From Terriglobales bacterium (lineage in GTDB: Bacteria; Acidobacteriota; Terriglobia; Terriglobales; Acidobacteriaceae), in NCBI GenBank assembly GCA_035280085.1, contig DATEGM010000204.1:1-34280 (forward strand): 34,280 bases of DNA. The letters are read 5' to 3'. The position numbers and the translations under genes were made by a program. The first letter of the stretch is position 1; each line of letters begins with the position of its first letter. The notes under the pieces are model-generated. The model searched no databases and was not told the origin of the DNA. It worked only from the letters and a program-made list of their open reading frames with translations. Of this stretch, positions 8,542 through 16,458 are shown piece after piece.

Positions 8542-9291
8542 CTACTCGCCCGGATTCTCCGAAGCTGGCGCCAGTACTCCTGCCGAATTATCTTCCAGAG
8601 TGCGCGCAAACAGCACCAACTCCACTCGTGACGACATACCTAGCTTCTCAAAAATGTGGAACAGGTAATTTTTAATGGTGTGTTCGCTGAGTTTGAGCTG
8701 CTGGGCGATTTCGCGGTTGGATAAACCTTCCGAAACCAGTTGAGCCACTTGCTGTTCGCGCTTGGACAACGGGACCTTGCCGCTGGCTTCAACCAAGCGC
8801 GGCGGAGCCACGCGGGCGAAAGCGTCCAACACGGATTCCAACTGCACGCTGTTGGCCCAGATTTGCCCGGCATGCACCGCCTCGATGCACCGGCACAAGG
8901 AGTTGAGAGAATCCTCCCGGCAGAAAATCCCCTTTGCCCCGGCGCGGAAAGCATCAATTACCAGCCCGGGTTCGGCGGAGTCCAACAGCAGAATGGTGCG
9001 GATTTCCGTGGATTGGGCGCGGAGTTCTCGAACCGCCGCAAAGCCAGACAGAGATCCGTCCTGCAGGCTCGCGCTAATGAGCGCTACGCTGGGTCGGTTG
9101 GCTCTGGCTCCGGACAGTATCTGCTCGGAGTTGGTGGCGCGGGCCACTATCTGTATGCGCCGATAGCGCTGCAGCGCCGTGATCAACAGCTGACAGTTCA
9201 TCCGGTTCCCATCCGCTACCAGTAAGCGGACAGTAGAGGAACGGAAATTCTTTGATTCCGAGCTGCGGATTGTGGCTCGTCTCTCTGGCAT
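8542..9291 (-). CDS. NarL/FixJ(LuxR)-type response regulator with an atypical receiver domain
   Basis: REC-like N-terminal half (VRLLVADGNRMNCQLL...PSVALISASLQDGSLSGFAAVRELR...TILLLDSAEP...GAKGIFCRE) plus a C-terminal LuxR HTH (LSKREQQVAQLVSEGLSNREIAQQLKLSEHTIKNYLFHIFEKLGMSSRVEL). ATG at 9291 chosen; the longest ORF starts at TTG 9309. Confidence 0.8.
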   Translation of the reverse strand: MPERRATIRSSESKNFRSSTVRLLVADGNRMNCQLLITALQRYRRIQIVARATNSEQILSGARANRPSVALISASLQDGSLSGFAAVRELRAQSTEIRTILLLDSAEPGLVIDAFRAGAKGIFCREDSLNSLCRCIEAVHAGQIWANSVQLESVLDAFARVAPPRLVEASGKVPLSKREQQVAQLVSEGLSNREIAQQLKLSEHTIKNYLFHIFEKLGMSSRVELVLFARTLEDNSAGVLAPASENPGE

Positions 9292-9342
9292 CGTGCGTAG
9301 AATTAACAACTTACAGCCATCTAGGGGAAACCACTGAAATGC

Positions 9343-9376
9343 CTCTAGTGGAGGCTGTCCTTGGCTCTAGTGGGGC
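9343..9376. repeat. Two copies of CTCTAGTGG(A/G)G spaced 22 bp apart
   Basis: ctctagtggag at 9343-9353 and ctctagtgggg at 9365-9375, about two helical turns apart. They lie just upstream of the response-regulator start, in the divergent regulator/PilZ intergenic region. Confidence 0.6.
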
Positions 9377-9420
9377 ATTGCTCCTTCCCATCCATCAGGC
9401 TTCGGAGTCTGGCTCATTTC

Positions 9421-9449
9421 TTGTAACCCCAGTTTTTATTTGGGATAAC
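9421..9449 (+). promoter_or_regulatory. Candidate sigma70-type promoter for the long plus-strand operon
   Basis: TTGTAA (9421-9426), 17 nt T-rich spacer, then GATAAC (9444-9449). It shares the layout TTGnnA-N17-(GG)GATAA with the candidate at 3388-3416. It sits in the most AT-rich stretch of the window (9420-9540). Confidence 0.25.
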
Positions 9450-9585
9450 GCCTAATAACAGAGAAATACTTCTCACCCAAGATACCACCCAAAGTGTGTG
9501 TAATAATACCATGCTTAATGCCCTGCTTGGAAGTACTAATCCAGCTAGAGAGGCGTAGGGCAGGGCTACAGAGTAGTTCCTTTCC

Positions 9586-10002
9586 TTGAAGCTTGGCGTG
9601 GTTCACGTAACATGCTTGTATCCCGGGTCCCTGCCGGCGAGAGCGGCATTTTCAGTGGAACGCCGAAAATCAACACGCTTCCGATTGCGCTGTGAAGTCA
9701 CCTGCATCTGGCACGATCGCCATGGTGTAGCCAACACCATCATCGGTGTTGCCCAGGACATCAGCGCAGGGGGCTTGTTTATTACTTCGCCGGGTTGGCC
9801 CTGGGTGGGAACCTTTGCAACGGTTGACATTCAACTGCCCAGCCGCGGTCCCTTTGCCCAGCAGCTGCAACTGCATGGCAACGGGCGGGTGGTGAGGGTG
9901 GTTCAGGATGGTGCCAAGAGCGGCTTCGCGATTGCGGGAAAGCCTGGCTGGACCATTACCAGGGAACGCAAGGCCGCGGCTGCAACACCTGTAAGCCGAT
10001 AG
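9586..10002 (+). CDS. Stand-alone PilZ-domain protein (predicted c-di-GMP receptor)
   Basis: Both halves of the PilZ c-di-GMP motif are present: RRKSTR (RxxxR) and DISAGGLFI (D/NxSxxG). The longest ORF starts at TTG 9586. An in-frame GTG at 9655 would give MERRKSTRFRL..., a more typical PilZ N-terminus. Confidence 0.8.
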   Translation: MKLGVVHVTCLYPGSLPARAAFSVERRKSTRFRLRCEVTCIWHDRHGVANTIIGVAQDISAGGLFITSPGWPWVGTFATVDIQLPSRGPFAQQLQLHGNGRVVRVVQDGAKSGFAIAGKPGWTITRERKAAAATPVSR

Positions 10003-10126
10003 TTTGCAATGGTTTAAGTGGTAAATGCTGGACTAACTGAGAGGGCGGAGCTGTGCTCGTACAAGGCTTGCAAATGAATTCGGCCCTGCCCCTGAAACGG
10101 CCTAAGCACGGGACTGGAGATTTAGC

Positions 10127-12397
10127 GTGAGCAAGAACTTCGAATTGCTGCGACAAGCAGGCATTAATGCCGACAACGGCAGCGCCTTGGCGGCGCCGCG
10201 CCGGGAAATTCTGGTGCCGGAACCGGTACCGGTGAACCCCCTTCCGCGAGTGCGCGAGAAGAGCGGAGCAGAGTGGCTGCGGGCCTTGGAAGTCCTGCGC
10301 AAACACTGGCATCTTTCTGCGCTATTTGCGGCGGCAGTCATCTGTTCCGTGATCGTGGTAACTTTCAGCATCAAACCGGTTTACGCTCCCGTGGCCCAAC
10401 TGGAAGTGGATCCGCCTGGCGAGACCTTCTCGCTGGATGGAGGAAACCAGGGATACAGCGATTCGGAATATCTGGAAACTCAAGCCAAGAACCTGAAAAG
10501 TGACAGCCTGGCTGTGAATGTAATTCGCCGGCTACATCTGGACCAGAATCCGGCTTTCGTGCGCAGCGCCGAGCCGCGGCAAACGTCCGCAACTGACCCC
10601 GCCAACTACCAGCTGTCGCCCGCAGAAAACTCCGCCCTGGGCGCTTTCCGGGCGCATTTTACGGTGAAGCGCGATACTTCCAGCCGCCTGATCGCGGTGA
10701 GTTTTGCCAGCACGGACCCGAAACTGGCGGCGCTGGTAACCAACACAGCGGTGGACACCTTCATTGACGACACTTACCGGGACCGCCACGACGCCATCAT
10801 GCGCTCTTCGGCATGGCTGGCCCGTCAACTGGACGATATTCGCACGCGCATGGAAGAGTCCAACCGCGTCCTGGCCGACTATCAGAAATCCATCGGCGTG
10901 GCCGACGTGGATGACAACAAGAGCACGTTCACCGAGGAGATGGGCGAACTGAACCGGCAACTGACGCAAGCCCAGGCCGATCGCATTCAGCTCGAAGCGC
11001 TGCTGCGCAGCGTGCAGGCGGGAAGCCCGGATGTTCTGCCGGAAATCCGCAACAATCCTGTAGTGCAGCAATTGAGCACGCAGCTGGCGCAAGTGCGGGC
11101 GTCGCTTTCACAGGCGCGGGTCATCTACGGAGTAAACCATCCCAAGGTAAAAGAACTGCAAAATCAAGCTGACGAGCTGCAGTCACAGCTGGAAGGGCAG
11201 AAGACAGCAGTACTGGGCTCCATCCGCAGCAGTTATGCCGCAGCCAAGGCCCGCGAGCAGTTGATGAATTCGGAAATCAAAGGTACCAGCGACCAGCTGA
11301 GCCAGATGGCCCGCTACAACGCCCTCAAGAAAGAAGCGCAGGCTAACTCTGACCTGTACAACAACCTCTATGCGCGAGTGAAAGAGTCGGGAATCGCGGC
11401 TGCGTCAAAAACCAGCAACTTGCGCATGGCTGATCAGGCGCGGGTGTTGGATTCTCCCAGCTATCCCAACCGGCCTTTAGACATTGGCCTGGGCATCCTT
11501 GTCGCTCTGGCCGGCGGCATTGGACTGGCGTTTGTGCGCGAGCAGTTCGACACCCGGCTGTTCACGCCCGAAGACGTGCGCGACTGGATTGGCACCTCCA
11601 ATGTGGCCATTGTGCCGCTGTTCTTCGGCAGCAACGGGCAACCGCTTCCTCCTGGCCAATCGCGCTCCGCGGTTGCAGCGGGTGCCTCCGCAAACGGCAA
11701 ACTTGCTCCCGGTGTCCGCTTCCTGCTGGATCGGCCGCATTCTCCTGAGGCCGAAGCTCTGCGCTCCCTTTACACATCGGTCATGCTCTCCCGCCCGGGC
11801 AATCCGCCCCAGGTGGTCCTGGTTGTCTCCTCCTTCCCCGGCGAAGGCAAGACCACCGTGGCAGTGAATCTGGCGATGGCGATGGCGCAGCACGGCACAA
11901 CCTGCCTGGTAGACGCTGACCTGCGGCGCGGAAGAGTTGCTTCTGCCTTCGGAATGAGCAGCGAAGTGGGCCTGAGCGATGTCCTGATCGGCACCAGCAC
12001 TCTGGAGCAGGCGATGGTTTCTGTGGCCAGCGTGCCTAATCTGAACGTAATTCCGGCCCACGCCGGCAGCGTACAGGCCGGGCAACTGGTGTGCTCGGAC
12101 TCCATGCGAAACCTGCTCGAAGAACTGCGGCAGAGGTTTCAATTTGTGGTGGTGGATTCTGCTCCTATCCTTCCCTTCGCTGACGGCCGCGCCTTGTCCA
12201 ATCTGGCTGATGGATTGATTTTCGTGGGCCGTTCGGGAATGACCACCAAGGACGTGGTGCTGCGGAGCCTGGATTTGCTGCGCGAAGTGCACTCCGCCCC
12301 GGTGCTGGAGTTTGTGCTGAACGCGGCCGATCTCAACGCGCCGCAATACCGCTATTACCAGTACGCGTACGACTACTATCAGCCGGCGGCCAAGTAA
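10127..12397 (+). CDS. Wzc/GumC-like polysaccharide co-polymerase fused to a bacterial tyrosine (BY) autokinase
   Basis: 756 aa with GTG start and GGAG 8 nt upstream. TM1 (LSALFAAAVICSVIVVTFSI), a long coiled-coil-like periplasmic Wzz region, then TM2 (IGLGILVALAGGIGLAFV). The cytoplasmic P-loop domain has Walker A SSFPGEGKTTVAVNLA, Walker A' LVDADLRRG and Walker B FVVVDSAPILP. The C-terminal tail QYRYYQYAYDYYQPAAK has 7 Tyr in the last 17 residues. Confidence 0.9.
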   Translation: MSKNFELLRQAGINADNGSALAAPRREILVPEPVPVNPLPRVREKSGAEWLRALEVLRKHWHLSALFAAAVICSVIVVTFSIKPVYAPVAQLEVDPPGETFSLDGGNQGYSDSEYLETQAKNLKSDSLAVNVIRRLHLDQNPAFVRSAEPRQTSATDPANYQLSPAENSALGAFRAHFTVKRDTSSRLIAVSFASTDPKLAALVTNTAVDTFIDDTYRDRHDAIMRSSAWLARQLDDIRTRMEESNRVLADYQKSIGVADVDDNKSTFTEEMGELNRQLTQAQADRIQLEALLRSVQAGSPDVLPEIRNNPVVQQLSTQLAQVRASLSQARVIYGVNHPKVKELQNQADELQSQLEGQKTAVLGSIRSSYAAAKAREQLMNSEIKGTSDQLSQMARYNALKKEAQANSDLYNNLYARVKESGIAAASKTSNLRMADQARVLDSPSYPNRPLDIGLGILVALAGGIGLAFVREQFDTRLFTPEDVRDWIGTSNVAIVPLFFGSNGQPLPPGQSRSAVAAGASANGKLAPGVRFLLDRPHSPEAEALRSLYTSVMLSRPGNPPQVVLVVSSFPGEGKTTVAVNLAMAMAQHGTTCLVDADLRRGRVASAFGMSSEVGLSDVLIGTSTLEQAMVSVASVPNLNVIPAHAGSVQAGQLVCSDSMRNLLEELRQRFQFVVVDSAPILPFADGRALSNLADGLIFVGRSGMTTKDVVLRSLDLLREVHSAPVLEFVLNAADLNAPQYRYYQYAYDYYQPAAK

Positions 12398-12404
12398 CCC
12401 TTTT

Positions 12405-14396
12405 ATGTCTATCTTGAGCACACCTCGACTGCAGCAACAATCAGTGGACCGCGGGGAGCTGAACTCAGCTTTTTTGCGCTATCGCACCTGGCTGATCATC
12501 GCCTCCCAGATTGTCCTCATCATCTCCTGCTACTACTGCAGTTTCGGTTTGCGTCTGGACTGGCCTCTGAATCACGCCGATGACCTGGTATTTTGGCGGA
12601 CTCTTCCTCTGATACTGGTCGTTAAGCTCCTGATCTTCCATCGCTTCGGCCTGCTTCGCGGCTGGTGGCGATACGTGGGCATGAGCGATGTGCTGAACAT
12701 CGCAGAAGCGGCCGGGCTAAGTGCTGCCGTCATTTACGCTGTGGTCGTACTCGGCCTGGGGGTAACCGGCTATCCCCGCTCGGTGGTGTTCATCGACATG
12801 GCGCTTAGCATGATCTTCGTGGGCGGCGCCCGTTTCGTGGTGCGCGCCTACACCGAACGCGCCCGCCGCTATGATGGGCAGAAGAACACGCTGATTGTAG
12901 GCGCGGGACAAGCCGGGCGCACCATTGCGCAGCAACTTCGCTCCAACGCCGAAATGCCCTACTTCACTATCGGCTTTGTGGATGATGATCCTTCCAAGCT
13001 GGGACTGAACATCGGTGGGCTTAAGGTGCTTGGCACCACGAACAACTTGAGCGAATTGATCACCAAGTACCAGGCGGAGTGCGTTCTGATTGCCATTCCT
13101 TCCGCCCGCGGGCCGGTGGTGCAGCAGATCATAGACAAGTGCCGGGAAAGTAAGGTGACTTTCCGCATCCTGCCACCTATCAGCGAGATGCTGGACCGGA
13201 CCGCACCAGTGCGGGCCTCCATCCAGCAAACACGCAAACTGCGCATCGAAGATCTGCTGGGCCGGCAACCGGTGCGGCTGGAACTGGACAGGATTCGGGA
13301 GCGGGTTCAGGACAAAGTCCTGCTGATTACCGGAGCGGGCGGCTCGATCGGCTCTGAACTGGCGCGCCAAGTGGCGATCTTCCGGCCGCGGCAACTGGTT
13401 CTTCTGGACCGCTCGGAGAACGACCTCTTCAAGGTCGGAATGGAGCTGTCGCGCAAGTTCCCTGATTTGAATTACGTTCCGGTGGTAGGCGACATTCTGG
13501 ACGTTTCGCGCCTGCGCGAAGTATTCAGCTTGTACCGGCCCAGTTCCGTCTTTCATGCGGCGGCTTACAAGCACGTGCCCATGATGGAGCGGAACTGCTT
13601 CCAGGCGGTTACGAACAATGTCTTCGGGACCTACAACGTGGCGCTCCTGGCGCGGCAAGCGCATGCCGAGGATTTCGTCCTCATTTCGTCTGACAAGGCG
13701 GTCAATCCCACCAACATCATGGGAGTGACCAAGCGGATAGCGGAGCTGATTGTCCTGGCCCTGCAGCATAACAAGACCCGCTTCATGGCGGTGCGCTTCG
13801 GAAACGTGCTGGGCAGCAATGGCAGCGTGCTGCCGATTTTCGAGGAGCAGATCGCCAGCGGCGGGCCGGTAACCGTGACCCATCCCGAAGCCAAGCGCTA
13901 TTTCATGACCGTGACGGAGGCGGTACAACTGGTGCTGCAGGCCTCAACCATGGGCCAGGGCGGGGAGATTTTCGTGCTGGACATGGGAGAGCCGGTAAAT
14001 ATTGCCGATTTGGCAAAGCGGATGGTGCGGCTGGCGGGCCTGGAGCCCGGGCGGGACGTCGAAGTGGTGTTCACTGGGCTGCGCCCAGGAGAAAAGCTGT
14101 TCGAGGAATTGAAGCTGGACGGCGAAAACATTAAGCCCACTCCGCACGAGAAGATTCGCGTATTCGAGGGCGGAACTGTAGCCTTCGAACAAGTGCGCAC
14201 GTGGCTGGAGGATCTGTCGTCGCTGGTAGACGCCAGAAACGTCCACGAACTGGTTGCTAAGTTGGTTTCGATTGTGCCCGAATACTGGCCGAGCAGCGAG
14301 ATCATCGAGCTCTCGGAGGTGGACAGGCACGACCAATCCCTCGCCTACCGGCGCGCGCGTAATCTCCTGGCATCCTCGGCCAAGGAGATCGCATAG
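12405..14396 (+). CDS. Membrane-bound CapD/PglF/WbpM-like NDP-HexNAc 4,6-dehydratase
   Basis: 663 aa. Four N-terminal TM helices, a first Rossmann-like domain (LIVGAGQAGRTIA), then the catalytic SDR domain with LLITGAGGSIGSEL, FHAAAYKHVPMME, ISSDKAVNPTNIMGVTKRIAE and FGNVLGSNGSV. Confidence 0.9.
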   Translation: MSILSTPRLQQQSVDRGELNSAFLRYRTWLIIASQIVLIISCYYCSFGLRLDWPLNHADDLVFWRTLPLILVVKLLIFHRFGLLRGWWRYVGMSDVLNIAEAAGLSAAVIYAVVVLGLGVTGYPRSVVFIDMALSMIFVGGARFVVRAYTERARRYDGQKNTLIVGAGQAGRTIAQQLRSNAEMPYFTIGFVDDDPSKLGLNIGGLKVLGTTNNLSELITKYQAECVLIAIPSARGPVVQQIIDKCRESKVTFRILPPISEMLDRTAPVRASIQQTRKLRIEDLLGRQPVRLELDRIRERVQDKVLLITGAGGSIGSELARQVAIFRPRQLVLLDRSENDLFKVGMELSRKFPDLNYVPVVGDILDVSRLREVFSLYRPSSVFHAAAYKHVPMMERNCFQAVTNNVFGTYNVALLARQAHAEDFVLISSDKAVNPTNIMGVTKRIAELIVLALQHNKTRFMAVRFGNVLGSNGSVLPIFEEQIASGGPVTVTHPEAKRYFMTVTEAVQLVLQASTMGQGGEIFVLDMGEPVNIADLAKRMVRLAGLEPGRDVEVVFTGLRPGEKLFEELKLDGENIKPTPHEKIRVFEGGTVAFEQVRTWLEDLSSLVDARNVHELVAKLVSIVPEYWPSSEIIELSEVDRHDQSLAYRRARNLLASSAKEIA

Positions 14397-14489
14397 CGGG
14401 ACCATACAGCCAGGTATTTGCAGGCTCAGGTCTGGTCGCGCTGTCGGAACTCCCCTGGTTCAATTCAATCGGAGAAATTTCACCCAAAA

Positions 14490-15674
14490 ATGGCACAGAA
14501 TTCATATATTCCTTTCCACGTACCTTCCGTTGGCGACGAAGAGGTCGAGGCAGTAGAAGGCGTGCTGCGGTCGGGCTGGCTAACCACCGGGCCGGTAGCT
14601 TTAGCGTTTGAAACCGAATTTGCCCGGTATGTGGGTTGCAAGCACGCCCTGGCCGTGAATTCGGGCACCGCCGCGCTGCAGTTGGCGTTAGACGCCATTG
14701 GCTTGAGAGAAGGGGATGAGGTCCTCATACCGACTTACACATTCACAGCCACCGGGGAGGTCATTACCTATTTCGGGGCGAAGCCGGTCCTGTGCGACAG
14801 TGTGAGCGGGGGATTCAATCTTGACTCCGAAGCCGCCGCAGGCCTTATTACCGAACGCACACGCGCCATCATCCCGGTGCACGTTGGCGGTGAAACATGC
14901 AACATGACTGCTTTGCGAGACCTGGCTAAGCGCTACAACTTAAAGGTACTCGAAGATGCGGCGCATGCTCTGCCCGCCAGCTGGGAAGGACAGCGAGTCG
15001 GCACTATTTCCGAGTTGACCGCCTTCAGCTTCTACGCCACTAAGACGATCACAACCGGCGAAGGCGGCATGCTGACCACCGATGATGACAGCTACGCCGA
15101 GCGGGCCGCTACCATGCGCCTGCATGGTATCGGCAAGGATGCGTGGAAGCGTTATACCCGAGCCGGCTCATGGGACTACCGGGTTCTGCACGCCGGCTAC
15201 AAGCTCAATCTCCCGGACGTCCTGGCAGCGATTGGACGAGCCCAACTGACCAAGTGTGACCGTTTTTGGCAAGAGCGTAACGCGATTGCACAGTTCTACC
15301 TGGAAAATCTCTCCCAAATTGAAGAACTCGAACTGCCGCCGACGCCGGTCAACGTCACGCAGCATTCGTGGCACCTCTTTATTTTGCGGATCAGACCGGA
15401 ACTCCTGCAAATTGGGCGCGATGAATTCATTGAGCAATTGAAAGAACTGGGAATCGGCACCAGCGTCCACTTCATCCCTCTGCACCGGCACCCGCTTTAT
15501 CGTGAACGGTTTGGATATTCGGAGGATGGGTTTCCGAACGCAGAAACTTCGTTTCAACGCGCCCTTTCGTTGCCGATCTACCCAGGGTTAATGCCGGATA
15601 TGCAGCACCGCGTGGTGGAAGCGGTCACGCAGATCGTGCACAAGAACCGCAAGCGGAACGCTGTTGCGGTTTAG
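14490..15674 (+). CDS. DegT/DnrJ/EryC1/StrS-family PLP-dependent sugar aminotransferase (ArnB/PglE-like)
   Basis: IPFHVPSVGDEEVEAVEGVLRSGWLTTGP, AVNSGTAALQLAL, IPVHVGG, LEDAAHAL, and FSFYATKTITTGEGGML (PLP lysine block). HSWHLFILRI and GIGTSVHFIPLHRHPLYRERF parallel ArnB-type enzymes. I chose ATG 14490 (MAQNSYIPF...) rather than the longest-ORF start 14418, which would add 24 non-conserved residues. Confidence 0.9.
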   Translation: MAQNSYIPFHVPSVGDEEVEAVEGVLRSGWLTTGPVALAFETEFARYVGCKHALAVNSGTAALQLALDAIGLREGDEVLIPTYTFTATGEVITYFGAKPVLCDSVSGGFNLDSEAAAGLITERTRAIIPVHVGGETCNMTALRDLAKRYNLKVLEDAAHALPASWEGQRVGTISELTAFSFYATKTITTGEGGMLTTDDDSYAERAATMRLHGIGKDAWKRYTRAGSWDYRVLHAGYKLNLPDVLAAIGRAQLTKCDRFWQERNAIAQFYLENLSQIEELELPPTPVNVTQHSWHLFILRIRPELLQIGRDEFIEQLKELGIGTSVHFIPLHRHPLYRERFGYSEDGFPNAETSFQRALSLPIYPGLMPDMQHRVVEAVTQIVHKNRKRNAVAV

Positions 15675-15677
15675 GCT

Positions 15678-16349
15678 ATGACCAAAGCAGCACAGGTTTT
15701 GAGCCAAGCGTCTTATCCGCCGGCCAGCGGCTTCACTGGGTGGAATAACTCATACCGCAAACGGCTCTTGGATCTGGCGCTGGCAGGCGTTCTGCTCATC
15801 CTCCTCTCCCCCCTGTTCGTCATCGTTGCCATAGGAGTCGCCCTCGACTCATCCGGACCGGTACTCTTCCGCCAGAAACGCATGGGCAAAGATGGGCGGC
15901 TGTTTTGGGTATTCAAGTTCCGCACCATGACGCATGATTCGACGGGTAACGGTCTAAAGATCACCCGCGCCGGAGACTTACGAATTACGCGTCTGGGCCG
16001 GGTGTTGCGGAAGACCAAACTAGACGAACTGCCGCAGCTCTTTAACGTGCTGCGGGGAGATATGAGCTTCGTAGGCCCCCGGCCAGACCTTCCGGAATTC
16101 CTGGAATCTCTGACGCCGCCTCAAGCCGACATTCTGTGCCTTCGGCCGGGAATTACTGGAATGGCGTCCATTCAGTACCGCAATGAAGAACAGTTGCTCG
16201 CCAATGTTGAACCGGAAGCCTTGCCGCGGTATTACTCCGAGCATGTTCTGCCGGTCAAAATAGGGATCGATCTGGAATATGCCCAGCGAGCAGGATTTCT
16301 TAGCGATATTGGCGTGCTGTTTGGAACTGTTCGGGCAATGCTGGGTTAA
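15678..16349 (+). CDS. Small (PglC/WbaP-C-terminal-type) polyprenyl-phosphate sugar-phosphate transferase, initiating enzyme
   Basis: 223 aa. One N-terminal re-entrant hydrophobic helix (LALAGVLLILLSPLFVIVAIGVAL) followed by GPVLFRQKRMGKDGRLFWVFKFRTM and KTKLDELPQLFNVLRGDMSFVGPRP, the bacterial sugar transferase family signature. Confidence 0.9.
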   Translation: MTKAAQVLSQASYPPASGFTGWNNSYRKRLLDLALAGVLLILLSPLFVIVAIGVALDSSGPVLFRQKRMGKDGRLFWVFKFRTMTHDSTGNGLKITRAGDLRITRLGRVLRKTKLDELPQLFNVLRGDMSFVGPRPDLPEFLESLTPPQADILCLRPGITGMASIQYRNEEQLLANVEPEALPRYYSEHVLPVKIGIDLEYAQRAGFLSDIGVLFGTVRAMLG

Positions 16350-16458
16350 TGTTGCAGGGTTTTATCGGAGACAAGTTTCCAACTCGCTCTGCCTTGCACG
16401 GTGAGTGAGAGGCCGCCACCTGTAGTGGCAGCGCCAAGCATACAAGGACAACTAAAGA

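Noticed and set aside
9361-9384. sigma54-like string TTGGCTCTAGTGGGGCATTGCT
   Set aside because: The GG and GC elements are about 17 nt apart instead of the 12-nt register of the -24/-12 consensus (TGGCAC-N5-TTGC). No NtrC-type activator is encoded in the window.
9310-10126. Possible c-di-GMP riboswitch (GEMM) upstream of the PilZ/wzc operon
   Set aside because: I could not find the conserved GEMM-I core strings (GGCAAAC ... GACGCAAAGC) or a convincing paired architecture in either intergenic region.
11477-13928. Long minus-strand ORFs 11477-12421 (314 aa) and 12717-13928 (403 aa)
   Set aside because: They are antisense to the Wzc-like and CapD-like genes, which have strong Walker and Rossmann motifs. 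The antisense translations are His/Arg/Gln-rich with no recognisable domains.
16350-16458. Small stem gccac-ctgta-gtggc (about 16412-16428) between the PGT and wzy-like genes as a terminator or attenuator
   Set aside because: The perfect stem is only 5 bp (extendable with a mismatch) and has no following U-tract, so it is not distinguishable from chance in GC-rich DNA.
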